Below are positions 1-11,019 of a DNA stretch of 64,000 nt, in pieces (within the stretch, counting starts at the first letter, position 1; every line of letters begins with the position of its first letter). The stretch is from Nitrosopumilus sp. GTDB lineage: Archaea; Thermoproteota; Nitrososphaeria; Nitrososphaerales; Nitrosopumilaceae. The translations under genes were made by a program, and so were the position numbers. The notes beneath the pieces were generated by a model. That model did not search any database. It saw nothing but the letters and a program-made list of their open reading frames with translations, and was not told the DNA's origin. The stretch spans positions 160,001 to 224,000 of the forward strand of contig OZ242186.1 in assembly GCA_965205675.1 (NCBI GenBank), in the 5' to 3' direction.

Positions 1-837
1 CTGATTGAGACTGTATCATTCATTGAACAAGATGTTGAAAATCATGATGTCGAATTTCGTTCAAAATCCTATTTTGACACAATTTCTAATTTTGAATATA
101 ATCCTGAATCAAAAGAAATCACATTTGAGATGCCTTTTGATTGGAATGAAAAGCAAATGTCTCACGTATCTGTTGTTCACATAGAAACTCATTTCCCAAA
201 AGATTTTGTAGAATTTTTATCTCCTAGCTATTCTGCATATGTTAATAATATTGAATTATTCAAATCTTCAGTATCTGTTGATGATTACACTGAAGATGAT
301 GAAAGAATAGTTCATCTAGTTTTGTTACAAGATCATTTAAGATTCATGAAAAATGAAATGAAAAAATCTGGCGACACATTACCTGATAATATGCAATTTA
401 GATTATCTACAAGTGAAATTACCTCATTTCCTTTAGAAGCATATACAAAAAGTGAAGATTTCAAAGTAAATCTTTCGTGGGATCCAATGACTGTAGAGCC
501 TGACATTGATATTAATTTTATTTTTACAATTAGAGATGGTAGAACTAATGATCCTCTAAGAAGCTCTGATTATACATTTGTGATAATTCAAAATGGTAAA
601 GAAATTCATCGAACAACCGATATTGCTCAAATAGGTGGAGAATTTGAAAAATTTAAGTTTGGAGAAGATCAAACAGGTCCTACTATAATCAAATTTGAAA
701 ATATTCGTAACACTGGACAAGAAACTGAATTTGCTCTAGTTGTTGTACCTGAATTTGGAAATATTGTAATACTCGTATTAGTAATTTCTATTATGAGTAT
801 AATTTTTATAACAAGAAAGAATTCATTGATTATCTAA
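1..837 (+). CDS. PEFG-CTERM surface protein, 5'-truncated by window edge
   Basis: Frame is open from base 1. C-terminus VVVPEFG + hydrophobic helix + basic tail. Core (MPFDW..VVH..PK) is paralogous to 9277 and 11228. Confidence 0.8.
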   Translation: MIETVSFIEQDVENHDVEFRSKSYFDTISNFEYNPESKEITFEMPFDWNEKQMSHVSVVHIETHFPKDFVEFLSPSYSAYVNNIELFKSSVSVDDYTEDDERIVHLVLLQDHLRFMKNEMKKSGDTLPDNMQFRLSTSEITSFPLEAYTKSEDFKVNLSWDPMTVEPDIDINFIFTIRDGRTNDPLRSSDYTFVIIQNGKEIHRTTDIAQIGGEFEKFKFGEDQTGPTIIKFENIRNTGQETEFALVVVPEFGNIVILVLVISIMSIIFITRKNSLII

Positions 838-1217
838 AGCGCTACCAACTTTACAGTATCCATGTTTTTATTTGTTTGAAAATCTTTCGTTATTGTAGAT
901 ACTTTTTCTGCATCTCCATCAATTAGAAAGAGTTCCATGCATTTTTCTTTCTCAATTTTACTATGAAGATGAGTTGTAATTAGATCTTCAAAATTATGTG
1001 TAATGCCTGAAACAATATGATCAAATTGATCATTATGTACAACCAAAAGAATTGCATGAATATTTCCTGCCAAATTTGCTTTTTGTTTTTCTTCAGAAAC
1101 AAATGATCTAATCCCAGCTCTGATAGCTTCCGATCTTCCTGAGAATCCTATAGATGTTTGAAGCTTGTCTAGTTCTGAGAGAATCTCATCATTTAATGAG
1201 ATTGAGACTATTGGCAT
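834..1217 (-). CDS. NikR-family (ribbon-helix-helix + ACT-like) metal-responsive regulator
   Basis: N-terminal IVSISL..RSEAIR RHH motif; C-terminal H..HLH..C-ELF NikR_C-like motif; divergent from the metal ABC operon. Confidence 0.85.
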   Translation of the reverse strand: MPIVSISLNDEILSELDKLQTSIGFSGRSEAIRAGIRSFVSEEKQKANLAGNIHAILLVVHNDQFDHIVSGITHNFEDLITTHLHSKIEKEKCMELFLIDGDAEKVSTITKDFQTNKNMDTVKLVAL

Positions 1218-1259
1218 ATGCCTAATGTTATTAATTATCTTATAAGTTTAGCAATGAAT

Positions 1260-1290
1260 ATTATTAAGATTTTATAAATTTATTAATAAT
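1260..1290. promoter_or_regulatory. Candidate NikR-type operator ATTATTAA-N15-TTAATAAT overlapping a TATA-like TTTATAAA
   Basis: Perfect 8-bp inverted repeat in the divergent intergenic region; AT-rich context lowers significance. Confidence 0.45.
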
Positions 1291-1307
1291 TTGGATTGAA
1301 TTGCTTC

Positions 1308-2351
1308 ATGAATATTCAGATAAAGATGGCAATTATCGCAATTATGGTCGTTATTCCATTAGCCTCAATTGCTGTGTATAGTATCAATCCAAGTCAACAA
1401 TTTATCAATATTGATGATAATTCTAAACTTCAAATCATTTCATCATTTAATCCACTACACGAATTTTCTCAAATTATAGGACAAGAAAAAATTGATGCTA
1501 TATTATTAGTTCCTATTGGAGTTGAACCACATGATTGGGAACCAACAATCAAAGATGTACAAAGAATGCAAAAATCTAATTTAATAGTTATCAATGGAAT
1601 AGGTTTTGAAAATTGGGTTGATAATTTAATTGAAAATAACTATCAAGGAATCATAGTTGACACAAGTAATGGGATTAAACTAAATAAATTCAAAGAACAA
1701 CATGATGAAGAACAACATGATGAAGAACAACATGATGAAGAACAACATGATGAAGAACAACATGATGAAGAACAACATGATGAAGAACAACATGATGAAG
1801 AACAACATGATGAAGAACAACATGATGAAGAACATGAACATATTGAAGGCGATCCACATATTTGGTTAAATCCTATATATGCAAAAATACAAGTTCAAAA
1901 CATTGCAAATGCTTTTTCAAACTCTGATCCTAAAAATAGTGAATTTTATAATACAAATGCAGAAAAATATAATAAAAAATTAGATTTACTTGATTCAAAA
2001 ATACGAAATGAATTATCAAACTGCAATAATGATTTTATTGTTTTTCATGATGCATTTTCATATTTTGCTGATGAATATGAGCTTAATCAACATACTATAA
2101 TCCCAACAACTAATTCTCATGGAGAAGTAACTGCAAAAACTCTTGAAAAAGTTATTTTAACGGCTAAAAAATTAAACATTAAAGTAATTTTCAGTGAAGA
2201 AAATATTTCTTCAAAATCATCAGAAATTATTGCAAATGAAATTGGTGGCAAATTTCTAATTTTATCCCCTCTGGAAGTTGTTTCTGATGGAACCTATATT
2301 TCTAAAATGACTAAAAATCTTGAAAATCTAAAGGAAGCATTATGTCAATAG
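1308..2351 (+). CDS. znuA: Zn/Mn ABC transporter substrate-binding protein with His-rich loop
   Basis: EPHDWEP, DPHIWL and HDAFSYF cluster A-I motifs; (EQHDE)9 loop; start 1308 or 1326. Confidence 0.9.
   Translation: MNIQIKMAIIAIMVVIPLASIAVYSINPSQQFINIDDNSKLQIISSFNPLHEFSQIIGQEKIDAILLVPIGVEPHDWEPTIKDVQRMQKSNLIVINGIGFENWVDNLIENNYQGIIVDTSNGIKLNKFKEQHDEEQHDEEQHDEEQHDEEQHDEEQHDEEQHDEEQHDEEQHDEEHEHIEGDPHIWLNPIYAKIQVQNIANAFSNSDPKNSEFYNTNAEKYNKKLDLLDSKIRNELSNCNNDFIVFHDAFSYFADEYELNQHTIIPTTNSHGEVTAKTLEKVILTAKKLNIKVIFSEENISSKSSEIIANEIGGKFLILSPLEVVSDGTYISKMTKNLENLKEALCQ
1695..1829 (+). repeat. Perfect tandem repeat, 9 x 15 bp GAACAACATGATGAA (EQHDE)
   Basis: Read directly from sequence. Confidence 0.97.
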
Positions 2352-3061
2352 TTGAAATCAACAATCTCACTGTTCTGTATCCTGATGTTAAAGCTCTAGA
2401 TGATGTTAGCTTCACAGTCAATTCCGGGGATTTTCTAGGCATAATTGGTCCTAATGGTGCTGGAAAATCTACTCTTTTTGATGCTATGTTGGGTCTCAAT
2501 ACAAAATATGATGGAACTATCAAATTTTTTGATGAAGATATTAAAAAATCAAAAAATTATCTTATAGAACTTGGTTATGTACCGCAGAAGCCGATTTTTG
2601 AAAAAAATTTCCCAGTAACTGTAAGTGATGTAGTAAGAATGGGATTAAGAAATGAATCTAACGAAAATAAAATAGATGAAATTTTACAACAATTATGGAT
2701 TCATGAGCTTCGTAACAGAAGAATAGGTGAATTATCTGGAGGACAACAACAACGAGTATTCATTGCAAAAGCTTTGGTCAATAATCCAAAAATATTGATT
2801 TTAGATGAACCTGTTACAGGAATTGATCAACAAAGTATTGAATTGTTCTATAGTATTCTTCGAGAATTAAATTCTAAACAAAAAATCACTATTATTTGGT
2901 CTTCTCATGATTTGGATGCAGTTAATCAGCTAGCAAACCATGTAGCATGTTTAAACAGGACCTTATTCTTTCATGGAAAATCCGAAAAATTCTTTTCTGA
3001 TGATGAACTAATCAAACAATATTCTGAAGCTTCAATGCAGGAACATATGCATCATCATTAA
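2342..3061 (+). CDS. znuC: Metal ABC transporter ATP-binding protein
   Basis: GPNGAGKST Walker A, LSGGQ signature, ILDEP Walker B, GYVPQ. Confidence 0.92.
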   Translation: MSIVEINNLTVLYPDVKALDDVSFTVNSGDFLGIIGPNGAGKSTLFDAMLGLNTKYDGTIKFFDEDIKKSKNYLIELGYVPQKPIFEKNFPVTVSDVVRMGLRNESNENKIDEILQQLWIHELRNRRIGELSGGQQQRVFIAKALVNNPKILILDEPVTGIDQQSIELFYSILRELNSKQKITIIWSSHDLDAVNQLANHVACLNRTLFFHGKSEKFFSDDELIKQYSEASMQEHMHHH

Positions 3062-3063
3062 TC

Positions 3064-3882
3064 ATGTCTTTTGAAATTCTAACCTTTGGTTTTATGCACA
3101 GAGCACTAATTTCTGGAATTGCAATTGCAATTCTCTGTTCAGTGGTTGGCTTGTTCTTGGTGTTAAGACGTTATTCTTTATTTGGAGATGCAATTGCACA
3201 TTCATCTTTTGGTGGAATTGCTCTGGGATTACTTGCTGGCATTTATCCATTATGGGCTGCATATGGAGTTTCAATAGCTAGTGCATTAATAATTACTAAA
3301 GTTAAAGATCGATATAATATTTCAGGAGATGCATCCATTGCCGTTTTATTATCTTCAGGTATAGCAGTTGGACTTGTAATCATTGGGTTATCTGGAGGCT
3401 TTACAATTGACATCTTTAGTTTTCTCTTTGGTAGTATTCTACTTGTTAGTGTAGATGACACTGTACTAATTTTGGCATTAACTGGTGTAATCCTAATTAT
3501 AATTTTATTACTTTATCGTCAAATTCTTTATTCTACATTTAATGAAGAACAAGCCAAAGTCAGTGGAATTCCTGTTGAGAAAATAAACTATTTGATAGTG
3601 TTTATGGCAGGAATTACAGTTGTTACATCTATTCAACTTGTAGGTGTGTTATTAATTTCAGCTCTATTTGTAATTCCTAACGTTACAGCAATAATGTATG
3701 GTAAAGGCTTCAAACAAACTGCAATAATTTCAATGAGTTTATCTATTTTTTCAGTTATCGCAGGAATTCTAATCTCTTACATATTTGATATAACGCCTGC
3801 CGGAACCATCGTTCTCGTATCAATTGGATTACTTGCAATAACAATGGGGATAAAATCTTTTGGGTTATTATCTAAGAATTAA
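3064..3882 (+). CDS. znuB: Metal ABC transporter permease (ABC-3)
   Basis: GDAIAHSSFGG motif, multiple TM helices, operon position. Confidence 0.92.
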   Translation: MSFEILTFGFMHRALISGIAIAILCSVVGLFLVLRRYSLFGDAIAHSSFGGIALGLLAGIYPLWAAYGVSIASALIITKVKDRYNISGDASIAVLLSSGIAVGLVIIGLSGGFTIDIFSFLFGSILLVSVDDTVLILALTGVILIIILLLYRQILYSTFNEEQAKVSGIPVEKINYLIVFMAGITVVTSIQLVGVLLISALFVIPNVTAIMYGKGFKQTAIISMSLSIFSVIAGILISYIFDITPAGTIVLVSIGLLAITMGIKSFGLLSKN

Positions 3883-6652
3883 CCATGGAATTTAATCTTC
3901 TTTTATCTTGTATACTTTTTACATAAAATAATGATGTCGCAATAATTCCTAATGCAATTATTGGTGATACAAGTTCAGCATATTTGATTTCATCACTATT
4001 TGATTCCTGAATTTGTGTAATACTTACTGGAATCTCTGTAATCTCTACCATTCCAATTTTATTTGATTGTTGTTCCACAAACCACACGTTATCATTTCCA
4101 TCTGATGTCATAAATTGAACAAAAGATGTTTCAGTTGGAATTGGAATTTCTAACAAATCCTTGTTGTCTGGATCATAAACTCCTAAACTGTCAATTGTGT
4201 GCTGTGCAAACCACACATTTCCATATTTATCAAATGTCATACCAAATGGTAATGCTTCATCATCAGGCACGGATATTTTTTCAAATGTCTCTAAAACTGG
4301 ATTAAATCTAGTGATTGCCAAGCCTGTATGTTCTGCAATCCATAGATTTCCGTCATCATCAAAAATTAGAGCCTCCGGAGACTGTAATTCTGTTTCAGTT
4401 AAAATTTGAGTCAGATGATTATCTTTTGGATCTATGAATCCTATTTTACCTACTGCTGCTGCAGAATACCACACCATTCCGTTTTCATCAACTGCTAAAG
4501 AAAGTGGAAGTGATCCTTTGTCTGGTAAAATCACTTCTTCAAATTCATCTTGTTCTGGAAGATATTTTAGAATTTTATCCTTGTTAACAATGGTGATCCA
4601 AATATTATTCTTAAAATCTGCTGTGATAACTAATGGAATATTTTTTGAAATTACTGGATCTAATTTTGGTAAAGTTTTGAGTGTAATTTCTTTTGTTTGA
4701 ACATCGATAAATCCAATTTGATTTCTTGGAGTATCTGTGAACCAAATCTTTCCAGTAGTATCCATAGTTAGAAACATTGTAGTGAGCCCATCAAATGTGT
4801 GTGCAGAAAATTCTTTTGTTTCAAGTGAAAATTGCCATAATCTTGGAGCAGAAGGATCACTTATCCAGATAGAACCATTTCCATCATACAATGGGAACCA
4901 TGGTTTTGCATCTTCAGGTAATTCATATTCAATTATTTGTGTTTGAATATCTACTAATCTTGGTTTTACAAGCAAATTCAAAATCTTAGATTCATTTGCA
5001 TTTTCTGTTCTTTGAGCTTCAATTTCTATTAACCATTCATCTGAAAATCCAAATGTTAATTCACCTTGAAATTCATTAGGTATACTTTCTTCTTGTTTTA
5101 CAAGTTCAATAGGAACTTCAATAGGTGAAATATTTTTTGATGGGTTTGAAATTTTCACTTTCATTTGATCTAAATCGTAAAGCTGATTCCCTTCAAAATC
5201 ACTTACTTTAACTAAAATTCTGTTTGCCCCACTAGAAAATGGTGAAATATAAATATCAAATTTTACATTTTCTGTAAATTCAATCGTTTTAAATCCATAT
5301 GTTACCTCTTGTGCATCTACTTTTTGGATTTCTCCTGTAGGTAATGTTCCGTTTGTTAGTAATGCCACTACGCCCAGAAGAATAATTCCCAACGCCGCAT
5401 CAACTCTCAGTGATCTTTTTAATTTTTTATAAACCATAATTTTACCTGATGAAAAATTCTTTTCAGCATTTTTTTGTATTTTAAATTGGAATATGCCTCC
5501 TAATACCACCATGACTATTGCAATCATTATTTTGAGAATAATTAATTGGCCAAATACGGACTCTTTGATTAATACTACGTCAGTTTCCAAAAACCACATT
5601 AACGTTGGTCCAGTAATTATTACAATCCCTATTGAAATGATAAATGCAATAGAAAATCTTGGAATTATCACAAGACTCATCTTTTCTCTATTTACATCTT
5701 TTAATTGTGAAAATGTTGGAAGTAATGTAAAAGCAAAATAGATTATTCCTCCTATCCAAATTGCAGCAACTAAATTGTGTATATAGTCTAGTACTAATGC
5801 TCCCAATTCTTCAGTAGCTGCACCATGTCCAATCAGACTAGAAGTTGAAATTAATACTAATGATGCTATTAGCATTGGAATTTGATTTTTCTTTGATAGT
5901 GTATTTTCTTTATCCATTGCAAACCAAATTCCAAGTAAAATTATTGTGATAATCATTCTAGCAAGCCAAACTGTTCCAAAATATGTTTGAATTACCTCTA
6001 ATGGTGAAGTTTCTAGTCTAACTGTCTGAACAGCAATCATCAAAATATCTGAAATGAATACAAGTATCAATCCTATGCCTGTAATTGACATGAATTTTCC
6101 ATGATGGAAAATTTCTATTTTATTTAATTCTTCTTTGATTAGTAGCTTATTTTGTGTTCCCCAAATTAACAATGATGCAATTACCACACCTAAAATAATA
6201 GTTTGACCTACGATTCCAGGGAATTTTGCTCCGGCATAATCAAAAAATATTATTTCTGATTCAATTACTGGTTGATTGACATCTTCAATTATTACATCTC
6301 CAACTCCAAACAAAAATGCACTTGGGACTAGATGTCCATCAAATTCAGAGAGAACTTTAACTGATGTAGTATAAACTCCATCATCTAATGGTAAGGTAGT
6401 AACAATTAGAGATAACTCTCCTTCATGATAATTGGTATCTTTGTTATCAATTTGATTTCCATTACTATCAAAAACTTTGATTTCACTAAAGTTGATATCT
6501 ACTGGTTCTGAAAAATACACAATAACTTCTGTTGTACCTACTGGAGCATTAGATGCTAAATTTGGAATAGTTTTTTCTGTAAATGGATGTGCCGCTGCAA
6601 ACGGTATTGAAATGAATGATAAAACTGTTAAAAATAGTAGAATTTTTCTCAT
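3872..6652 (-). CDS. CopC-CopD copper protein fused to an Ig-like domain and a Vgb-lyase-like beta-propeller
   Basis: Signal peptide then H-P; FSEP and DGH CopC motifs; GHGA/HNL..AIWIGG CopD; repeated D..G.IWF blades. Confidence 0.85.
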   Translation of the reverse strand: MRKILLFLTVLSFISIPFAAAHPFTEKTIPNLASNAPVGTTEVIVYFSEPVDINFSEIKVFDSNGNQIDNKDTNYHEGELSLIVTTLPLDDGVYTTSVKVLSEFDGHLVPSAFLFGVGDVIIEDVNQPVIESEIIFFDYAGAKFPGIVGQTIILGVVIASLLIWGTQNKLLIKEELNKIEIFHHGKFMSITGIGLILVFISDILMIAVQTVRLETSPLEVIQTYFGTVWLARMIITIILLGIWFAMDKENTLSKKNQIPMLIASLVLISTSSLIGHGAATEELGALVLDYIHNLVAAIWIGGIIYFAFTLLPTFSQLKDVNREKMSLVIIPRFSIAFIISIGIVIITGPTLMWFLETDVVLIKESVFGQLIILKIMIAIVMVVLGGIFQFKIQKNAEKNFSSGKIMVYKKLKRSLRVDAALGIILLGVVALLTNGTLPTGEIQKVDAQEVTYGFKTIEFTENVKFDIYISPFSSGANRILVKVSDFEGNQLYDLDQMKVKISNPSKNISPIEVPIELVKQEESIPNEFQGELTFGFSDEWLIEIEAQRTENANESKILNLLVKPRLVDIQTQIIEYELPEDAKPWFPLYDGNGSIWISDPSAPRLWQFSLETKEFSAHTFDGLTTMFLTMDTTGKIWFTDTPRNQIGFIDVQTKEITLKTLPKLDPVISKNIPLVITADFKNNIWITIVNKDKILKYLPEQDEFEEVILPDKGSLPLSLAVDENGMVWYSAAAVGKIGFIDPKDNHLTQILTETELQSPEALIFDDDGNLWIAEHTGLAITRFNPVLETFEKISVPDDEALPFGMTFDKYGNVWFAQHTIDSLGVYDPDNKDLLEIPIPTETSFVQFMTSDGNDNVWFVEQQSNKIGMVEITEIPVSITQIQESNSDEIKYAELVSPIIALGIIATSLFYVKSIQDKRRLNSMVNS

Positions 6653-6747
6653 TTGTTGTTAAGATCATTTATGACAATTTAAACAGTTTACATTTTTCTA
6701 AATTTGTACCAATTTACATAAAGATAATAACTGATGATTTTCCAACA

Positions 6748-7383
6748 ATGGTCGTGAAGATAGCATTTTTTGGCTTTATTGTTTTATTATTTTCAATTGG
6801 AATGACTGTTCCTTCATTAGGGCATACTACAGTACATGTTGAACAATATGCAATTGAAGCAGGATGGGGAATTGAACCTCCTGTAGTAGGAATTCGAAAT
6901 GATCTTGTCTTTAAAATAACTAAAGCCGGAGAAACAGAAGGCACATACACAGGTGTTACAAACGTTTTCAAAAGCACCGATGCGACTATAATGTTTGGAG
7001 GTGCAACTAAAAAAATTAGTATTAATTCTGATCCAAGACCTGGATATTATTTCTCACCTATTATTCCGACTAAAACTGGAAGTTACATGGTTGAATTAAA
7101 AGGAGAAATTCGTGATGTTCCAGTTGATATCAAAATACCTATTGAAGATGTTGAACCCACAGCAGTATTAGATTTTCCTCCAACAACAGGAGGCGGTGAT
7201 ACTGGTATTGCTGCACTAAAACAAGCAATTGCATCATTACAACAAGATGTTTCTAAAATGAACTCAGGTGAAACTAAAGTTAATTCTAATAGCGGTCAAT
7301 CTTATGACTTTGCAATACTTGGATTATCTATTGCAGCGGCAGCGATTATTTTAGCAATTATATCATTAGTAAAAAGAAAATAG
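6748..7383 (+). CDS. Secreted, C-terminally membrane-anchored protein with predicted mature N-terminal His
   Basis: Signal peptide ..SLG-HTT, GW..EPP motif, C-terminal TM; ORF-track start 6616 overlaps the neighbouring gene. Confidence 0.7.
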   Translation: MVVKIAFFGFIVLLFSIGMTVPSLGHTTVHVEQYAIEAGWGIEPPVVGIRNDLVFKITKAGETEGTYTGVTNVFKSTDATIMFGGATKKISINSDPRPGYYFSPIIPTKTGSYMVELKGEIRDVPVDIKIPIEDVEPTAVLDFPPTTGGGDTGIAALKQAIASLQQDVSKMNSGETKVNSNSGQSYDFAILGLSIAAAAIILAIISLVKRK

Positions 7384-7397
7384 AAAAAGAGGTATTC

Positions 7398-8282
7398 CTA
7401 AAATCTCGGAACGACTCTAGATTTTGAAGTTACTGCTACGATGCTTATAATTGCAACAGCTAGTATCATCATTACGATTGTACCAAATTCTGGAACAACG
7501 TTTGAGAATACGACTTCTTCACCAATTGGTCCTGTTTTAGGATCATCAACACCATAACCTTGGAAAGTAATAGTGATGTCTACTGGATCAGAAGAACTTA
7601 ATGCTGCTGTAGTATGTACGCCTTTACCATCGTGATGATGTGCGCCTTCATCGTTCAAAACTTCTTCACCGTTTTGTGTAACCATCATATCATGGTTAAC
7701 ATGTTCTGCATCGTCAAATTCAATGGAAATTTCCATCATTTCACCTGCAATTGGTGTTGAAGTCCAGATTGAAACCATTGTGCCATCAGATAACATTCCG
7801 GTTGCAGATGCATCACCTTCGTGCATCATTTCACCGTCATCGTCACCATGATCGTCACCGTCATTGTCTTTTACAGCTTCTACTTCTTGTACTATGATCA
7901 TTCCTGCCATCCATGGATGAACTATACAGAAGTATGGTTGTTCACCAACTTGTGTTGGAGACCATTCAAATGAACTTCCGGCCATTGCTAGACTGGAATC
8001 AAATACTGTGCCAACTGAATCAGCATCTTCTGCTGCACCTGATGTGAATGTATGTGCTACATTATCAGTGTTTGAGAAAATTACTTTTCCACCAACATCA
8101 ACAGTTGCAGTACTTGGAATGAAACATCCTTCTGGAGTTTCTTCACAGCCTGGTGTGCCAGAACCTGCTGTAGGTTCAACTGTGACTTCTGCATGATCTG
8201 CAAAAGCAGCTGGAGTCATTGTGACCATACCTGCTGCAATAGCAAATAGTACGAAGAGTGAGCTAAGTGCTTTAGTCTTCAT
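7398..8282 (-). CDS. Plastocyanin-like blue copper protein with PEFG-CTERM
   Basis: HTFTSG and YFCIVHPWM type-1 Cu ligands; His-rich second domain; VVPEFG + TM. Confidence 0.9.
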   Translation of the reverse strand: MKTKALSSLFVLFAIAAGMVTMTPAAFADHAEVTVEPTAGSGTPGCEETPEGCFIPSTATVDVGGKVIFSNTDNVAHTFTSGAAEDADSVGTVFDSSLAMAGSSFEWSPTQVGEQPYFCIVHPWMAGMIIVQEVEAVKDNDGDDHGDDDGEMMHEGDASATGMLSDGTMVSIWTSTPIAGEMMEISIEFDDAEHVNHDMMVTQNGEEVLNDEGAHHHDGKGVHTTAALSSSDPVDITITFQGYGVDDPKTGPIGEEVVFSNVVPEFGTIVMMILAVAIISIVAVTSKSRVVPRF

Positions 8283-8339
8283 TAGACAAATTACTCGAAT
8301 GGATACATAAAAACCTCACTGGAATTTTTAGAGATAAAA

Positions 8340-9164
8340 CTAGTTTTTTCTAAATTGATACAGTTTTAGAATTCCAAATACAGGAATCCCTACATACATT
8401 CCAATGTTTAGTAGAACTATGGATATGCCATATACCAACATATCTTGCTCTGAGTTAATTTCAACATAATCTAACAAAGACAATGACGATAACATTGGAG
8501 TTAATCCCATCTTAACAACTTCTTTGAAAACTGGATTTTTTCTTTCAAAGTCTGCTATGGTTGGAGAAAATGAATAATAGAGTTGATTAAAAGATGTCAT
8601 AAATGCTGTTCCTGAGTTTGTTTCAAGAATTGTGTTATCTCTAAGTTCTCTTAATTGTTGAACTTGTGGTGCCATTTCAGAATCATATGCTGCAGTTGCA
8701 ATAAGACAACCTCCATTCTCATCTGTTGGAGGTTCTTCTTTATCCGATAATGATGGTTGAGCAAGTGCTTCTCCTACAATAACATCAAATGATACTATTT
8801 CAGTTGGAATTGGTTGAAACAAAATTCCTTCAACTTCAAAGTCTATAGTATACACTCCTTCTCCAAGATTAAATTCAATTGGAATTTTTACAGTTCCAAC
8901 TGATGTATGAGTTAGTGGAATTGGTCCAAATACTTTTTCATCATTCTTAGAAACGGAAATTGTATAATCAATATGTTCTTGAATTTTTTGTGTTTGTGGG
9001 TTTAGAAAATCAATATTTATTTTTGTTTGAACATTTGGTTCTATAGTATCATATGTTAATTTTACATCCAGGGTACCTTTTTCTGTAGATAGAGTCTGTG
9101 ATTCTGCAAATGCAGATGGTATAATCAATAATGGAATTAATAATGCTGCAAGTAGAAATTTCAT
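8340..9164 (-). CDS. CFI-box-CTERM domain surface protein
   Basis: GGCLIATAAYDSEMAPQVQQLRELRD..YYSFSP motif; signal peptide. Confidence 0.85.
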   Translation of the reverse strand: MKFLLAALLIPLLIIPSAFAESQTLSTEKGTLDVKLTYDTIEPNVQTKINIDFLNPQTQKIQEHIDYTISVSKNDEKVFGPIPLTHTSVGTVKIPIEFNLGEGVYTIDFEVEGILFQPIPTEIVSFDVIVGEALAQPSLSDKEEPPTDENGGCLIATAAYDSEMAPQVQQLRELRDNTILETNSGTAFMTSFNQLYYSFSPTIADFERKNPVFKEVVKMGLTPMLSSLSLLDYVEINSEQDMLVYGISIVLLNIGMYVGIPVFGILKLYQFRKN

Positions 9165-9276
9165 GTTTTAATTTTAAAAATCGGAAATAAAAATTATACC
9201 TCGTTTTCTCACAGAAAACTATTACGCATAGAAATACTGTGCCAGCTTTAAATATGGAATTAACATAATTTTAGTA

Positions 9277-10986
9277 TTGTACCACAAGATTGCATTATTA
9301 GTTATAATTATCGGAATTTTTACAATTCCTGTTATTCTTCCAAATGCATTTGCTCATGGTCTTGGTGGAGATCAAGCAGAACCTATCAGTTTTGGTGACA
9401 TGGAAGTAACAGTTCGTACTGATTTGAATCCTTCTGATATTACCATTGGGAATATTGATGATGTAAATATGAAAATTAGATTTTTTGATACTCTTACTGA
9501 TATCAGTTTAGAAAAAGTAACTTACAGAGTAGAAGTTTGGAAAAGTGGGGATTTACTTGCGCGAAATCTCTTTTATGATTTAGATGGACGATTAGATGTA
9601 GAACTTCGTCCAACATTTGATTGTGACGAATCTGATCTTTGGAAATGTACTATTTATGGTGGTTCTGAACATGTTAGTGCTCCAGGTGCATTATTTGTTC
9701 AAGGCGCTGCATGTACTGATGACAATTTAGATATTTGTGCCAGACCCACAATCACGGGTCCAATTTTTGACAAAGGTGGATTATACAATATCAAAATAGA
9801 CATTGAAGCTGCAACAAGTCCTAAAATAGTTCTTGCTGAGCGATTAACATATGATACCTTTGTTAGTGTTGCACAGGAACAAGACTTTTTCATCCAAACC
9901 GCAAATGCAGAAATTCCAATAGTTGTTAAAACATATTATGACGATGTTGAGAATTTCCAATTTAATACTTCTGATAATTCAATAAGTTTTGACATGGCTT
10001 TTGATTGGAGTCCTGATTATGTTAATTTAGTACAAGTAGTTCATGAAGAAGTCAGAGTTCCTAAATCTTTTGTTCCATATGCTGAAGGAAAACAATTCAA
10101 AGGTTATGTTAACGGTGTAGAAATTGGTCAAAGAGCTTTGCTTAATGATCCATATTCTTATGATGACACAAATATAGTTCATTTCTTAGTATCAAAAAGT
10201 GACTTAGAAAAAATCAATAAAACTCTGGGACCAGATAACTATGATAATAAAAATATGAATCTAAAGTTAGTACCATTAGAAGAAACATCAAAAAGTTCTA
10301 CTGAATTTTATCTAGTAGACACTACAAACTATGAAAAAACTCCAACTACTGTAAATATTTCTTGGGATGGAAAATATGGTGCCAATCAAGAAGTTCCATT
10401 TGAGTTTACATTCTTTAATGAAGATAGAGAATTAATCAAAGATGTTAAATATGCTTATGTTGTTTTAGATGAATTTGATCAAGAAATAGCAAGAAATGGT
10501 GATGGTGTTGATTCTGTAAATCCTGGAATTGTGTCTATTGAAGGATTAGATATTCAAGAAATCTACATTCCTTCTGCAGGTCAAATTCGTATTGACATGC
10601 TAGTTTATGGAACTGGGTTAGACTATGATCCAACTTATTCTGGAATTGGTTCTGCAATTATTGAAATTGGTCCAAGTTCTACAACTGTAACACCTTTAGT
10701 TTCTGAAGAAATTCTAATCCCTAGTTGGATTAAAAATAACGCAGAATGGTGGGTAGCAGGACAAATTGATGATGATTCATTCATTCAAGGAATTCAATAT
10801 TTGATTAAAGAAGATGTTCTAAAGATTCCTCCAACTGCTCAAGGTACTAGTTCTGATTCAGATGATATTCCCGGTTGGATTAAAAATAACGCAGAATGGT
10901 GGGTAGCAGGACAAATTGATGATGATTCATTCATTCAAGGAATCCAGTATCTGATTAAAGAAGGAATCATGAGAGTACAATCATAG
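9277..10986 (+). CDS. Secreted protein with two C-terminal [11 protein letters not shown] repeats (Nitrosopumilus-type)
   Basis: Signal peptide AFA-HG; duplicated [19 protein letters not shown] domain. Confidence 0.8.
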   Translation: MYHKIALLVIIIGIFTIPVILPNAFAHGLGGDQAEPISFGDMEVTVRTDLNPSDITIGNIDDVNMKIRFFDTLTDISLEKVTYRVEVWKSGDLLARNLFYDLDGRLDVELRPTFDCDESDLWKCTIYGGSEHVSAPGALFVQGAACTDDNLDICARPTITGPIFDKGGLYNIKIDIEAATSPKIVLAERLTYDTFVSVAQEQDFFIQTANAEIPIVVKTYYDDVENFQFNTSDNSISFDMAFDWSPDYVNLVQVVHEEVRVPKSFVPYAEGKQFKGYVNGVEIGQRALLNDPYSYDDTNIVHFLVSKSDLEKINKTLGPDNYDNKNMNLKLVPLEETSKSSTEFYLVDTTNYEKTPTTVNISWDGKYGANQEVPFEFTFFNEDRELIKDVKYAYVVLDEFDQEIARNGDGVDSVNPGIVSIEGLDIQEIYIPSAGQIRIDMLVYGTGLDYDPTYSGIGSAIIEIGPSSTTVTPLVSEEILIPSWIKNNAEWWVAGQIDDDSFIQGIQYLIKEDVLKIPPTAQGTSSDSDDIPGWIKNNAEWWVAGQIDDDSFIQGIQYLIKEGIMRVQS

Positions 10987-11019
10987 GTTTTTAAATAAAT
11001 TCTGTAGAATGATAGTGTA

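Noticed and set aside
1695-1829. Tandem repeats at 1695, 16545 and 28945 as CRISPR or regulatory arrays
   Set aside because: No spacers; in-frame coding minisatellites
10725-10962. Near-exact ~70-90 bp DNA duplication in gene 9277 as a DGR template/variable repeat pair
   Set aside because: Both copies are in-frame domain repeats, differences are not adenine-specific, and there is no reverse transcriptase
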